Part shown: positions 10,398-24,140 of the stretch, one piece after another
Position numbering within the stretch: position 1 is the stretch's first letter
Layout of the letters: each line of letters opens with the position of its first letter
Source: Okamejei kenojei
Taxonomy: Eukaryota
Length of the DNA: 64,000 nt
Assembly: GCA_035221665.1 (NCBI GenBank)
Contig: CM069135.1
Coordinates: 49,290,001 to 49,354,000, forward strand
Direction of reading: 5' to 3'
Translations under genes and position numbers: made by a program
Notes under the pieces: generated by a model
Told to the model about the DNA's origin: nothing
What the model saw: only the letters and a program-made list of their open reading frames with translations
Database searches by the model: none

Positions 10398-11373
10398 TGT
10401 TGCATCAAGAGTTAAAATTGGCATCTAACAAAGGTAATACTATAGTGGTTATTGGCGATTTCAACATGCAGGTAGACTGGGAAAATCAGGTTGATACTGG
10501 AACCCAAGACAGGGAGTTTGTAGAGCAGCTTGTACTGGAGGCTACCAGTGAGAAGGCAATTTTGGATTTAGAGTTGTGTAATGAACCTGATTTGATAACT
10601 CAAGCTTAAATGAACCATTAGGAGGTGGTGACCATAATATGATACATTTTCATCTGCAATTTGGGAGGGAGAAGGTAAAATTGGAAGTGTTGCAGTTGAA
10701 CAAAGGGGACTATGGAGGCTTAAGGGAGGAGCTGGCCAAAATTGACTGGAAAGGGACCCTAGCAGGGATGAAGGTTGAACAACAATGGCACATAGTTCTG
10801 GGAATAATCCAAAAGATACAGGATCATTTCATTCCAAAGAGGAAGAACGATTCTAAAGAGGCGACCATGGCTGACAAAGGAAGTTAAGGACAGTATGAAA
10901 ATAAAGGATAAGACATATAACATAGCAAAGATAAGAGGGAAGCCAGAGGATTCATAAAAAATTTAAATATCAACAGAAGGTAACTAAAAAGGCAATACGG
11001 GGAGAAAAGATGAAGTACGAAGGTAAGCTAGCCAAGAATATAAAGGAGGATAGTAAAAACTTCTTTAGGTATGTGAAGAACAAAAATTAGTAAGGACAAA
11101 TGTGGGTCCCTTGAAGACAGAAACAGGTGAATTTATTATGGGGAATTGGAAATGCTAGATTAGTTGAACCGGTACTTTGGTTCTGTCTTCACTAAGGAAG
11201 ATACAAACAATCTCCGAGATGTACTAGTGGCCAGAGGACCTAGGGTGACGGAGGAACTGAAGGAAATTCACATTAGTCTGTAACTGATGTTGGGTAGAGT
11301 GATGGGACTGAAGGCTGATAAATCCCCTGGTCCTGATGGTCTGCATCCCAGGGTTCTCAAGATGGTTGCTCTA

Positions 11374-11836
11374 GAAATCGTGGATGCATTGGTGATCATT
11401 TTCCAATGTTCTGTCAATTCTGGATCAGTTCTTGTGGATTGAAGGGTAGCTAATGTTATTCCACTTTTTCAGAAAGGAGGGAGAGTGAAAGCAGGGAATT
11501 ATAGACCAGGATAGACCTGACCGGTGGTGGGAAAGATACTGGAGTCAATTATTAAAGATGTGGATAGCAGTAACAGGATCGGTCCAAGTCAGCATGGGTT
11601 TACGAAATCGTGGATGCATTAGTGATCATTTTCCAATGTTCTGTCGATTCTGGATCAGTTCTTGTGGATTGAAGGGTAGCTAATGTTATCCCACTTTTTA
11701 AGAAAGGAGGGAGAGTGAAAGCAGGGAATTATAGACCAGGATAGACCTGACCGGTGGTGGGAAAGATACTGGAGTCAATTATTAAAGATGTGGATAGCAG
11801 TAACAGGATCGGTCCAAGTCAGCATGGGTTTACGAA
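11374..11836 (+). repeat. 230-bp tandem duplication inside CR1 copy 1
   Basis: gaaatcgtggatgcatt...ggtttacgaa repeated at 11374 and 11604, near-identical. Confidence 0.92.
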
Positions 11837-12452
11837 GGGTAATCATGCTTGACTAATATTATGGGATTTTTTGATGATGTAACGAGTGAAATGGACATGG
11901 AAGAGCCAGTGGATGTAATATACCTGGACTTTCAGGAAGCCTTTGATAAGGTCCCACACAGGAGATTAGTGGGCAAAATTAGAGCACATGGTATTGGGGG
12001 TAGGGTATTGACATGGATAGAAAACTGGTTGGCAGTCAGGAAACAAAGAGTAGGGATGAATGGGTCCCTTTTAGAATGGCAGGCAGTGACTAGTGGTGTG
12101 CCGCAAGGCTCGGTGCTGGGACTGCAGCTATTTACAATATACATTAATGATTTAGATGAAGGAAATAAAAGTAACTAGCAAATTCGTAGATGACACAAAG
12201 ATGGGTGGAATTGTGAACTGTGAGGACGATGCTATCTGGAAGCAGGGTGATTTGGACAGGTTGCGTGTGTGGGCAGATGCATGGCACATGCAGTACAATG
12301 TGGATAAATGTGAGGTTGTACACTTTGGTGTCAAGAATGGGAAGGCAGTTTATTATTTGAATGCTGTCAAGTTAGGTAAAGGGGAAGTACAACGAGACCT
12401 GGGTGTCCTTATACATCAGTCACTGAAAGTAAGCATGCAGGTAAAACAAGCA

Positions 12453-12611
12453 GTGGCCCTTGTGGCTAAGGGGATCAGAGGGTATGGACAGAAGGCAGGT
12501 ACGGGATACTGAGTTGGATGATCAGCCATGATCATATTGAATGGCGGTGCAGGCTCGAAGGGCTGAATGGCCTACTCCTGCACCTAATTTCTATGTTTCT
12601 ATGTTTCTATG
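12453..12611 (+). mobile_element. Young 5'-truncated CR1 3' end nested in CR1 copy 1
   Basis: Splits cagtg|aagaaag; almost identical to 18423-18588; (tttctatg)n tail. Confidence 0.88.
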
Positions 12612-13296
12612 AAGAAAGGGCCTTCATAACAAGAAGAGTTGAGTATAGGAGCAAAGAGGTCGTTCTGCAGTTGTACAGGGCCCTGGTGAGACCACACCCA
12701 GAGTGTTGTGTGCAGTTTTGGTCTCCTAATTTGAGGAAGGATGTTCTTGCTATTCAGGGAGTGCAGCGTAGGTTCACTTGGTTAATTCCCGGGATGGCGG
12801 GATTGTTATAAGATGAAAGAATGGAGCGATTGGGCTTGAACTCACTGGAATTTAGAAGGATGAGAGGGGATCTTATAGAAACGTAAAATTATTCAAGGAT
12901 TGGACACTCTAATTGTAGGAAACATGTTCCCGATGTTGGGGGAGTCCAGAACCAGGGGCCACAGTTTAAGAATAAGGGGTAGGCCATTTAGAACTGAGAT
13001 GAAGAAAAACCTTTTGACACTGTTCGTTGTGAATTTGTGGAATTCTCTGCCTCAGAAGGCAGTGGAGGCCGATTCATTGGCTGCATTCAAAAGAGAGTTA
13101 GATAGACCTCTTAGGGCTAGCCAAATCAAGGGATATGGGGAAAAGGCAGGAACGGGGTACTGATTGGGGATGAGCAGCCATGATCACATTGAATGCCGGT
13201 GCTGGCTCGAAGTGGCGAATGGCCTACTCCTGCACCTATTTTCTATGTATCTATGTCATTTCTCGCAATTACTAATGTATGTAATGTATGTAATTA

Positions 13297-15657
13297 AATT
13301 CAGTCCCTTGCAAGGGGTGACATTGAAACAAGAGATGTGGAGTCAGTATGGATAGAACTGAGGAATTGTAAGTGTAAAAAGACCCTAATGGGACTAATCT
13401 ACAGGCCCCCAAACAGTAGCCTGGACATAGGGCACAAGTTGAATCAGGATTTAAAATTGGCATGTAGCAAAAGCAAAAGTGTGGTTGTTATGGGAGATTT
13501 CGACATGCAGGTACACTGGGAAAAGCAGGTTGGTACTGGAACCCAAGAAAGGGAATTTGGAGAGTGCCTTTGTGATGGATTCTTAGAGCAGCTTGTATTG
13601 GAGCCTACCAGTGAGAAGTAAATTCTGGATTTAGTTATATGTAATGAATCGGATTTGATAAAGGACCTTGAGGTTAATGAGCCATTAGGAGGTAGTGACC
13701 ATAACATGGTCAGGTTTAATCTACAATTGGAGAGGGAGATGGGTAGATCGGAGGTGTCACTGTTACAGTGGAATAAAGGGGACTATGGGGCCATGAGGGA
13801 GGAGCTGGCCAAAGTTGACTGGAAAGATACACTAGCAGGGATGACAGTGGAACAAAAATGGCAGGTGTTTCTAGGAATAATACAGAAGGTGCAGGATCAG
13901 TTCATTCCTAGGAGGAAGAAAGATTCCAAGGGGAGAAAGGGACGACCATAGCTGACAAGGGACGTCAGGGACAGTATAAAAATGAAATCGAAGATGTACA
14001 ACGTAGCAAAGATGAGAAGGAAGCAAGTGGATTGGGTAATGTTTAAAGAACAACAGAAGATAACAAAAAGGCCATACGGGGAGAAAATATAAGGTACGAA
14101 GGTAAGCTAGCCAAGAATATAAAGCAGGAAAGTAAAAGCTTCTTTAGGTATGTGAAGAGGAAGAAATTAGTTAAGACCAAAGTTGGACCCTTGAAGACCA
14201 AAAAAGGTGAATTTATTATGGGGAACGAGTAAATGACAGATGAGTTGAACAGGTACTTTGGATCTGTCTTCACTAAGGAGGACACAAACAATCTTCCTGA
14301 TACAGTAGTGGCCAGAGGATCTGGAGTGACAGAGGACCTGAAGGAAATCCACATTAGGCAGTAAATGGTGTCGGATAGACTGATGGGCTGAAGGCTGATA
14401 AACCCCCAGGGCCTGATGGTCTGCATCCCAGGGTACTTAAGGAAGAGGTTCTAGAAATCGTGGATGCATTGGTGATAATTTTCCAATGTTCGATAGACTC
14501 AGGATCAGTTCCTGTGGATTGAAGGGAAGCTAAAGTTATCCTACTTTTTAAGAAAGGCGGGAGAGAGAAAACGGAATTATAGACCAGTTAGCCTGACATC
14601 GGTGGTGGGGAAGATGCTGGAGTCAATTATAAAAGATGAGATAGCCGAATATTTGGATAGCAGTAACAGGATCGGACCGAGTCAGCATGGATTTACAAAT
14701 AGGAAATCATGCTTGACTAATCTTCTGGAATTGTTTGAAGATGTAACTAGGAAAATGAACAAGGGAGAGCCAGTGGATGTAGTGTACCTGGACTTTCAGA
14801 AAGCATTTGATAAGGTCCCACATAGCAGATGAGTGGGCAAAATTAGGGCACATGGTATTGGGGGTAGAGTGCTGACATGGATAGTGGTTGGGAGACAGGA
14901 AACAAAGAGTAGGGATTAACGGGTCCCTTTCAGAATGGCAGGCAGTGACTAGCTGGGTTCCGCAAGGCGCGGTGCTGGGACCGCAGCTATTTACAATATA
15001 CATCAATGATTTGGATTAAGGGATACAAAGTAACATTAGCAAATTTGCGGATGACACAAAGCTGGGTGGCAATGTGAACTGTGAGGAGGATGCTATGAGA
15101 ATGCAGGGTGACTTGGACAGGTTGGAGGAGTGGGCAGATGCATGGCAGATGAAGTTTAATTTGGATAAATGTAAGGTTATCCACTTTGGTTGCAAAAACA
15201 GGAAGGCAGATTACTATCTAAATGGCGTCAAGTTGGGAAAATGGGAAGTTTTACGGGATCTGGTGGTCCTTGTACATCAGTCTTTGAAAGTAAGCATGCA
15301 GGTCCAACAGGCAGTGAAGAAAGCAAATGGCATTTATAACAAGAATTTCTAACAAGAATGGCATTTATAACAGTGGCCTTTATAACAAGAGGAATCGAAT
15401 ATAGGATCCAAGAGGTCCTTCTGCAGTTGTACAGATCTCTAGTGACCACACCTGGAGTATTGTGTGCAGTTTTAGTCCCCTAATTTGAGGAAGGACATTC
15501 TTGCTATTGAGGGAGTGCAGCGTAGGTTTCTCTAGATGCTTTCAAGAGAGAGCTAGATAGGGGATGATCAGCCAATGATCACATTGAATGGCGGTGCTGG
15601 CACGAAGGTTAAATGGCCTACTCATGTACCTATTGTCTATTCTCTATTGTATCTATG
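13297..15657 (+). mobile_element. CR1 LINE copy 2 (ORF2 remnant with 3' internal deletions)
   Basis: ORF pieces GLIYRPPNS, MGDFDM, LGGSDHNMV, SCLTNLLE, YLDFQKAFDKVPH, KFADDTK. Confidence 0.93.
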
Positions 15658-16291
15658 TAGTTTCTCTCTGGTTTGACTGATGCAGTAACATCACCATTTT
15701 GTGTTTAGTATCAGGATCGGGAGCTCACTATTTCTACCAGTCAGTACTCAGCAATACTTTGAGGAGCACTCTTCTGCATGTCAGTTAAGAGGTATTTCTG
15801 CAGAGTTACACATAGGAAATGAAGGAAAACTATATATTGAATGCAAGGCTAGCTGATTGATGACAGTACAGAATACTGAGGGAAGATATTCTATGTTTGA
15901 TGCCTGGGTCTTGCAGTGAGTGTAAGTCGCAATGGATGGCAGAGGTTGGATATTTGCAGAGAGCATTCCACCACTTACTGTGATGTGGCAGTGGAATGGC
16001 ACAGGGTTTGGCTCTGGCTTAGATATACTGTAAGGTTGTGACAACAAATAGATTTTGGGACATGTATTTCCAGTGAGAGTAAATGACTTCAGTATAGAAG
16101 TTATTGTTTTGAATCCATTTTTTCTTTTCATTTGCTGCTGGCATGGAACAAAGAGAACCTTTGTGTTCTGTTTTATAACTGCATCTCCTCCTATTCTCCC
16201 TTTGCCTTTATTTCCTTTCTCACTTCCTCTCTGGGCTTTATAAATGCAGCCTTGTCCTCACTCACATTATCAACCTGGTATCTATTTTGAA

Positions 16292-16490
16292 CAGAAGATA
16301 GGCACAAAAAAATGGAGTAGCTCATCTGATCAGGCAGCATCGCTGGAGAAAAGGAATATGTGACGTTTCGGACTGAGAGTTAGGGGAGTTGGAAATTAGT
16401 AATATGAAAAGGTACAGAACAAATGAATGGAAAATATATAAAAAGCAACAATGATCAAAGAAAGGTGGAGCCCACAATGGTCTATTTTTA
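16292..16490 (-). mobile_element. Penelope pseudo-LTR fragment
   Basis: caggcagcatcgctggagaaaaggaatatgtgacgtttcgg family motif. Confidence 0.65.
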
Positions 16491-17436
16491 ACATATCTGC
16501 ATAGAAATTCATGCCCTTCGGAAGCATTAAATGTTCCATGTAGTTCTATTTTATTCTGCCTCCAACATGTATGCCATGGTCAGTGCTGCAACCAGGGATA
16601 AACATCTAGACAATGAACCTACTTCAAGGCAAAATCCCAAGTAACCACATTTTACTGAGTAACAGCCTCATTTACACTCGTTGAATCTTGGCTATAATTA
16701 AACTGTCACCCTTCTTTAGATAATGAAACGTGATAAAGACAGGAAATTAAGGCAAAACTCCTTTATATAAATCACTTTGTTGTTGATTTGTTATCCATTT
16801 GCTCAGAGTCAATGCCACTGAATCCAAAATTAGCAGCCCACTGCAACAGCTGCAGGATCTGAACAATGGCTCTTTAAGCCTTATTGAGATTAATGATACT
16901 TCTGGTGATCACTGAGGTAAAGTGTGATGTAAATGTTACATGATATAGGAGTTAAGCAGATATGAGTGACGTTCAAATGAACTTGCTGTACCCAAATGCA
17001 AATAAGCACATTTATTTTTAGAAGTGCTTTTCTTGAAGTTGCACTGGCAATGAATCTTTACTCTTTGTTGTCAAGGAAACATCACTTTAAGTGTTTCCTA
17101 GTATTTATACAATGAGGTTAACTACCTAATTTGTTTCGATGCAAAAGAAAGAGTTGGCTGTTGACTTTAAATTAATTCTGTGACGAGTGCGTGCAATGGA
17201 GATACCCAATTTATTGGATGATCCACTGATTGGTTGACCACAGTGAAGCAAGTTTGCTTTATTTTTATGATGGTAATGTTTTGTGATGATAAATGACTGT
17301 TGTCAGTATTCATGTAAAACTGAATAACTTTTGGCTCTATCTAAATGAGATTCTTACACATTTACTGCAGTTACTAACCAATTTATTTCACGTGAATCTA
17401 CGGCTCTGCCAATTTTAAAGCAGAAGTCCTTTTAAC

Positions 17437-17605
17437 AACAAACCTACACATCTTTGGGATGTGGGAGAAAACCCTAGCACTCAGAGGAAATCCATGTGGT
17501 CACAGGGAGAACAAGCAAACACGACATAGGCAGCACCCGAGGTCAGGATTGAACCTGGGTCTCTGGCATTGTAAAGTGATGGCTCCACCAGCTGTGCCAC
17601 CATGG
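17437..17605 (-). mobile_element. V-SINE/HE1-type SINE
   Basis: acatctttgggatgtgggag...ggtcaggattgaacctggg core. Confidence 0.75.
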
Positions 17606-17928
17606 CATCCTTCTGAATAGTTTAGAATATATATTTTGGACCTTGTTGGAGGGCAAAAGTCTGCTTCCAGATCTGCCTCCCATCTAAACCTGCCAGGATG
17701 ACCTGGAACATAGCCTCTACAACCTATGTCCCAGCGAGACTGGCCTTCACATCCAGCTCAGCTGAGTAATGAGACCGCTGGCAGCAGAGTGTGGGCAGCT
17801 TGATCTTCTCTGACATGTTCAGACATCAGAATTTGAAAAGTTTAGAGATATGACAGCCTTTAAGTGAGCTCTATGGCAGGGAAAGGAGGAGAAGGGATAA
17901 ACAAACAAACAGGGACAGGAGTGCAATG

Positions 17929-18245
17929 TCGGCATAGTGGCCCAACTGGTGGAACTGCTGCCACACAGCTCCAGCAACCTGGCTTCAGTCCTGACTCTGG
18001 GCACTGTCTGAATGGAGTTTGCACGTTCCCCTGGACGTGGTGCTTTTCCTACAGGTGCTTTGATTTTCACCGACATCCCAAAGACATGCAGATTTACCGT
18101 TTAATTGCCTATAGTAAATTGCCTTGAATGCATGGATGGATGGTAGAATCTGGGGAAAATAAAATAAGATCAGTTTAAACGACTGCTTGATGGATGGCAT
18201 GAACTTGGTGAGCCGAATGGCCTATATCTGTGCTGTGCCTTTATG
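17929..18245 (+). mobile_element. V-SINE/HE1-type SINE
   Basis: tRNA-like head, tggagtttgcacgttc...catcccaaagacatgcag core, CR1-like tail. Confidence 0.75.
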
Positions 18246-18278
18246 ATCATTAAAAAAAATAGTTTGTGATGGGTTGGA

Positions 18279-18588
18279 TCCTTCTTAAGGATAAGGGGAA
18301 ATCCTTTAAGACCGAGATGAGAAAGACTTTTTTCACACAGAGAGTGGTGAGTCTCTGGAACTCTCTGCCACAGAGGGTAGTTGAGGCCAGTTCATTGGGC
18401 TATATTTAAGAGTGAGTTGGATGTGGCCCTTGTGGCTAAGGGATCAGAGGGTATGGAGAGAAGGCAGGTACGGGATACTGAGTTGGATGATCAGCCATGA
18501 TCATATTGAATGGCGGTGCAGGCTCGAAGGGCTGAATGGCCTACTCCTGCACCTAATTTCTATGTTTCTATGTTTCTATGTTTCTATG
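18279..18588 (+). mobile_element. Young CR1 3' end
   Basis: FFTQRVVSLWNSLPQRVV remnant and (tttctatg)n tail. Confidence 0.88.
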
Positions 18589-19329
18589 AAAGCTAAATAG
18601 AACAAATGTCATGTTGATGATAGTACAAACATAAAGGGGCAGAAATAGGACAAGGAAAGTGCGAGGTTGGTTTTGGAGAATGGCACATGATAACAGCCAG
18701 CTTGTTATCAACAGTCACTGCCTGATAAAATGGGAGCAGCATTTATGATCTGAAAAAGTTAAAATCAATATTGAGCTCTGAAGGCTGAAAACAGCCTTAT
18801 CGAAAGATAAGAGGCAGCCCCTTTGGCTTACAGCAATTTTCATTAACTTAAAGATCTTCTGAAAAATATAACTAATATCGGAGGAAATGGATGATTTCCA
18901 GAAGGTAATAAATAGACTGTGAAGTTCAGCAGCACCAACTGAAAGTGGGAAATTAAGTGAAAAATTGAGTAACCGGTTTGCTTTCAATTTTTCATATTAC
19001 ACTGCTATGTATAATTAATTTATAAATGTGCAAGCAGTCAACTTCACCAATAAAATTTGCATCTAAATTCCATTGTTAGACATTCCTCTGTCATCCCAAA
19101 ATGAGTGGATGAATTGTGTTCTTGGCTTTTTGCATGTTTTTGTGATCTTGCTACAAAAGCAATGTGTCATCCTGAAGGAATTGTTTGTTTTTGAGGTTTG
19201 GCATGGACAGTAACGGCAAAGTAATGACAAAATCAATTGACTTGTTCATTATGAATCTGAATAAGTGTAATTACAGTTAGAAAGATATAACTAATAGCGA
19301 GAAGTTGTAGCTGTGAGAGTCAGTGGGTT

Positions 19330-19660
19330 TCTAGGCATCTTTAGATAGTCTATTCATAGCTCACCCATATCACTCCCTCTGACTTTGCAAAGGAGATTCT
19401 TTCCTTATCTGGCATCTTTTTGTCTTCTTTTCACCTCTAACCACTGTCACTTATTCCTCCTCTCACCTATATCTTCCTATCACTTCCCTTAGCTTTGCCC
19501 TCACCCTCCACCCCATCCCCACCAATGCTCTTTTCCAGTTTCCTCCATCCTATTCCAGCAATCTCAAGAAGAGTCTCTACCCAAAACATCGTCTGTCCAT
19601 TACCTCCACAGGTGCTGCTTGATGCACTGATTTCCTCCAGCACTTTATTTCTTTGTCCTT
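19330..19660 (+). mobile_element. Degraded Penelope 3' end
   Basis: Pyrimidine-rich tract followed by a degenerate family motif (19562-19645). Confidence 0.55.
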
Positions 19661-20904
19661 TAATAACATTCTAATCCTTAACGTCCTATTCATGCATTTC
19701 CAATAGAATTCGAAGCTACCATAAAAATCTGCAGTGCACCATCAAAAATGAAATCTCACTTTGAATGCTGCTTTCACAGTGAACTGAGTGACCTTTTTGG
19801 AAATGTGGGAAAGGGTTAAGTCATGAAGCATAATGCTTCATATCAACCCTGAACAGCAAAGGGTTAATATTAATTTTATGGGAATTTAGCAGCTATTTGC
19901 TGAAAGGATTGTCAGTGAAGCATAACCTTTATATTGTCCAGATAAATCATATCCTGTGCATCAATCAACAACTGTAATATTTCCTCTATATAAAAATATG
20001 ACATGCCCTTGACACAAATTGAACCAGGGGTTTTTCAACATTTGAATGTCAAGTGGAGTTTTCTGGATGATCGGTATTTAATTAGTTTTGCAGAAGCATT
20101 TGTGGGAAAAGGTTTCATGTCGTGTTCAGAAAGGTCATTGGATATTATTTTAGCTCTGAACATACCTTGAATAACTGTGCATCTCCACTATCTCTGAAGG
20201 AGCAGCAACTTCTGCAATTCATTTGGAATTTAGTACCATTGCAATGGCACGAATGTTCCAGCAAATTTTCCAATGTAGTCATAATTTATTTTCAGCCACA
20301 CTTCAGATAGCATTGACTCATGACTATATTGTATTTCGTATTTTTTTTTGCCCGATAACTTTACTTCAGTTTTACATTTTCATTAAATATCGATTTTCAT
20401 GTTTAATTTTAATTCACCAAATGTATTTCAAACTTTCTATTGATTTTCCAATAAATCGTACACCAGAAATTCTCCACCAACAGTTTTAATCTTTAAGGTT
20501 GTGTTAATTCATTCTACTCTGTGTGTGAGCACACATTAAGCTGCACTAGATCAATCTTACACTGTCATTATGTCATTGATTAGGAGGCTGCAATAAACAA
20601 GTAACTGAAGTGAATGTCATTAAATATTAGCATTTTCGTGTTTTGTTGTGTTGAAAATATCTCCAGTCATGAAATTCAAAGCTATTAAGTGTTTTGAAAT
20701 CACTGATGTTGTGCCACTTATTCAGACAGAGGGGATTGGGGTAAATTATTATTTTAAATCAATCTAGAATCAGAAATGTGGTTTCAATCCATGGATTAAA
20801 AAGATATATTTTATTGTTTAGTTCTTGGTTCAATGCTTACTAGGCTTATCTAGCTGCCCACTAGATAAGAGAGTAGAAATTCAGAACCTTTTTTCCGAAG
20901 ATGG

Positions 20905-21500
20905 AAACATAGAAAATAGGTGCAGGAGAAGGCCATTCGGCCCATTCATTGTGATCATGGCTGATCGTCCCCTATCAATAACCCGTGCCTGCCTTCTCCC
21001 CATATCCCTTGATTCCACTAGCCCCTAGAGCTCTATCCAGCTTTCTCTTAAATCCATCCAGTGACTTGCCCTCTGTGGCAGGGAATTCCATAAATTCACA
21101 ACTCTCCGGGTGAAAATGTATTTTCTTACCTCAGTCTTAAATGACCTCCCCTTTATTCTAAGACTGTGGGCCCTGGTTCTGGACTCGCCCAACATTGGGA
21201 CTCGCCCAACATCAAATACTCGAGTGAATAGCTTTAAGGAAAGAAGGGGAAAATTAAAAGGAGATATGTGGGGAAAGTGTTTTTACACAGAGGGTAGTGG
21301 GTAGTTGGAACACGCCAGGTGTTGTGGTGGTGGGTACAGATACAATATTTGCATTTAAGAGGATATGCAGGGAATAGAGATAATTAGGTCATGTGCATGC
21401 AGATAATCGTTTGTCTGATAAACTGGTGCAGATAAATGGTCGGCACTGACATTGTGGACCGAAGGGCCTGTTCCTGTGTTGTACAATTCTATGTTCTATG
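20905..21500. mobile_element. Two CR1 3' fragments in opposite orientation (20905-21200 minus, ~21205-21500 plus)
   Basis: aaacatagaaaataggtgcagg start on minus copy; ttctatgttctatg tail on plus copy. Confidence 0.75.
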
Positions 21501-21964
21501 GAGATGAAATTCATTAATTGCAGCGCATTCTTAGAAACAAATCCAATGAATTGCCAATACAGCATTAACTCCAATGAACCATCGAGGCAGGGTAGAATGG
21601 TTAACAATGTTCACAGATTCTGCCAGGTTGGACAAGCAACTTTGCTCACATGCTGATCACCAGAGAGCCAAAAATGACAGCCAGTTCTGAGCTCTGCCAT
21701 GGGAAGTAATTTTCAGGTGGGCAGAGGAATGTTTTATGGAAGCACTTAACACTTTTTGGAAGAAGAGCAATGTCCCCATGAACTCTTGGGCATTTCTGTC
21801 TCATGCGGACTCCAAATAAAGAAGGGGCTTTCAGGATGGAACTGGGAATCTTATGTCAAGAGCACATGCCTTGAGCAAGAGCAAGAGCAAGAGCCTTGCA
21901 GGTCAACTCACAAACTATATGCACACCTGTTCTGTCTGCCAGCACTTGCCCCATCAGTGGAGGA

Positions 21965-22070
21965 GTCCAAGGTTACTGTACAGGTTCAGGAGCAACTTCT
22001 TCCCTACAACCATTAGGCTACTAAGCACTACAACCTCCAAATAAGCTATAAACTGCATAGACTTGGGGGC
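21965..22070 (+). mobile_element. Rex1/Babar-like 3' remnant
   Basis: RFRSNFFPTTIRLL resembles the C-terminus of the 36460..37227 ORF. Confidence 0.5.
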
Positions 22071-22094
22071 ATTGTTTCTGCACTATTATTCATT

Positions 22095-22958
22095 GACCTA
22101 GGGCAGAGGTGTTGGTATAGGAATGGGAAAGGGAGTTGAAATGGTTAGCAACCAGGAGCTCCAGCAGATCTTGGCAGAGAGAGCACGTGTCAAATGCAAG
22201 GGTTCAAGTCTATGCTTGGTCTCGACGATATAAAGCAGGCCACATCAGGAGCATAGAATGCAACAGTCGAGGTTGGGAGAGGTGCGTGTGAACCTATTTA
22301 TCACCTGGAAGAACTGCTGGGGACACTGGATGGGAGAGAGGAGGTGTGATGTGGGGACATCATGTTACATCTCCTCTGGTTGCCAAGGAAAGTGCTTGGA
22401 GAGAGGGCAAGTTGGGCTGGAAGGGATGAGTGAACCAAGGAGTTGCAGGTGAAAGTGGTCTCTGCAGAAAGTGGAAAAGGGTGGGAGCGGGAGGATGTGA
22501 CTACTGGCAGTATCATGTTGAAGGTGGTAGAGATGTCAGAGAATGATACTTTGAATGTAGAAGCTGATGGAGTGAAAGATGAGGACCAGAGGAACTCTAA
22601 CATTGTTCTGTCTATGGGGAGAGGGAGCACAAGCAGGAGTGTGGAAAATAGAGGAGATCTTAGTGAGCGCTCCATCCACAACAGCAGGGGGGGAATCCAA
22701 GTTTACAGAAGAAAAAGGACATCTCAGATATCCTAGAGTGGAAAGACACATCCCAAGAGAACAGGAGGCTGTGGTGGAGAAATTGAGAGTTAAGGGTTGC
22801 AAGAGGCAAGCTGGAAGGAGATGTAGTTGAGGTAACTGCAGTTGTCAGTGGGTTTGTTGCAGACATCAGTAGATGTCCTGTCCTCTGTGACAGAGAAATC
22901 AAGAAAGGGTATAGGGGTGTCAGAGATAGTCTGCTAATTTGAGAGCAGGGTGGAAGTT
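22095..22958 (-). mobile_element. Penelope-like element remnant (RT C-term/linker/GIY-YIG)
   Basis: RVPLVLIFH...IQSIIL, IFP.PPLSAF, and C.RC.LLYI.ETK-type GIY-YIG motifs across frames. Confidence 0.8.
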
Positions 22959-24140
22959 AACATAGAACACTGAACAATAGAACTGTACAGAACAAGCCCT
23001 TCAGCCCACAATGTTTGTGCCAATCATGATGCCTAGCGAAACCGATCTCATCTGCCTGCAACTGATCCATATCCCTGCAGTTCCTCCAAATCCATGTGCC
23101 TATCTAAAAGCTTCTTTAATACCACTATCACATCTGCCTCCACCACTGCCCCTGGCAATGCATTCCAGGCCCTGACCAGTCTCTGTGTATAACATGTCCA
23201 TTATATTTCCCCCCTCTCACTTTATAGCTACGTCCTCTAGTATTGGACATTTCCACCCTGGGAAAAAGATTCTGACAGCCTATCCTGTCTACGCCTCCCA
23301 TATATACTTCTATCAGGTCTCCCCTTGGGATCAGGGAAAGAATATTCACTTCATGGCCCTGTTTTCACCAATCTTTCCACCACCACGCACAAGAAGTGCA
23401 AGGCAGACATCATTATATGCAGATGCCGAGAAATGTATTCAGCTCTGGCTGAACAACTTCTAATCTTGTGTGTGGACTTGATAAGAAGAAGAAGGTCTCC
23501 CCTCAAACTCCAACATTCGAGAGAAAATCATCCATGTCTGTCCAACCTCTCCATGTAGCTGAAACCCTCTAATCGAGGCAACATTCTGGTAAACCTCTTC
23601 TGCACCCTTTCCAAAGCTTCCACATCCTTCCTGTAATGACGTGACCAGAACTGCATGCAATAATCCAAATGCAGCCTAACCAAACTCCTATAGAGCTGCA
23701 TAAAGATTTCCTGAATCTTATACTCAATTCCAGTAGCAATGAAGGCAATCATACCATATGCTTTCTTAACCACCCTATCTACTTGTGCTGCCACCTTTAG
23801 TGAGCTATGAAGTTGTACTCCAAGATCGCTCTGCACATCAATAAGGGTCTTGCCATTAACAGTATACTCTCTCCTTATATTCAACCTCCCAAAGTGAAAC
23901 ACATCATGCTTGCTCAGGATAAACTCCATCTGTCATGTTTCCTACCATTCCTACAGCTAATCTGTGTCCCACTGTATCTTCTGACAATCTTCCTTGCTGT
24001 CTGCAACTCCTTTGAATTTGGTATTTTCAGCAAACTTACTCACCAATCCATCTATGTATAGGTCATTTATATATCTCACAAAAAGAGGTCCCAGCACAGA
24101 TTACTGCAGAACTCTACAGGTCACGGACCTCTGGTCAGAA
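22959..24140 (-). mobile_element. CR1 3' portion
   Basis: ORF 23528..23929: QLYRSLVRLHLDYCMQFWS...LERVQKRFTRMLP; ORF 23128..23349: GDLIEVY. Confidence 0.88.
23326..23492 (+). mobile_element. Short non-LTR 3' end (RTE/RTE-X-like) inserted in CR1
   Basis: Perfect 11-bp TSD aggtctcccct (23315-23325, 23493-23503); (aag)n tail. Confidence 0.75.

Larger units (their letters stand above)
9424..13256 (+). mobile_element. CR1 LINE copy 1 (ORF2 endonuclease+RT remnant, disrupted)
   Basis: ORF pieces [53 protein letters not shown]; ttctatg tail. Confidence 0.93.

Noticed and set aside
15700-16030. Ancient Deu-domain SINE remnant
   Set aside because: Only short, weak resemblance (gtacagaatactgaggga); not supportable without an HMM search.
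21873-21894. (gagcaa)n repeat giving EQEQEQ peptide
   Set aside because: Short microsatellite with no coding support.
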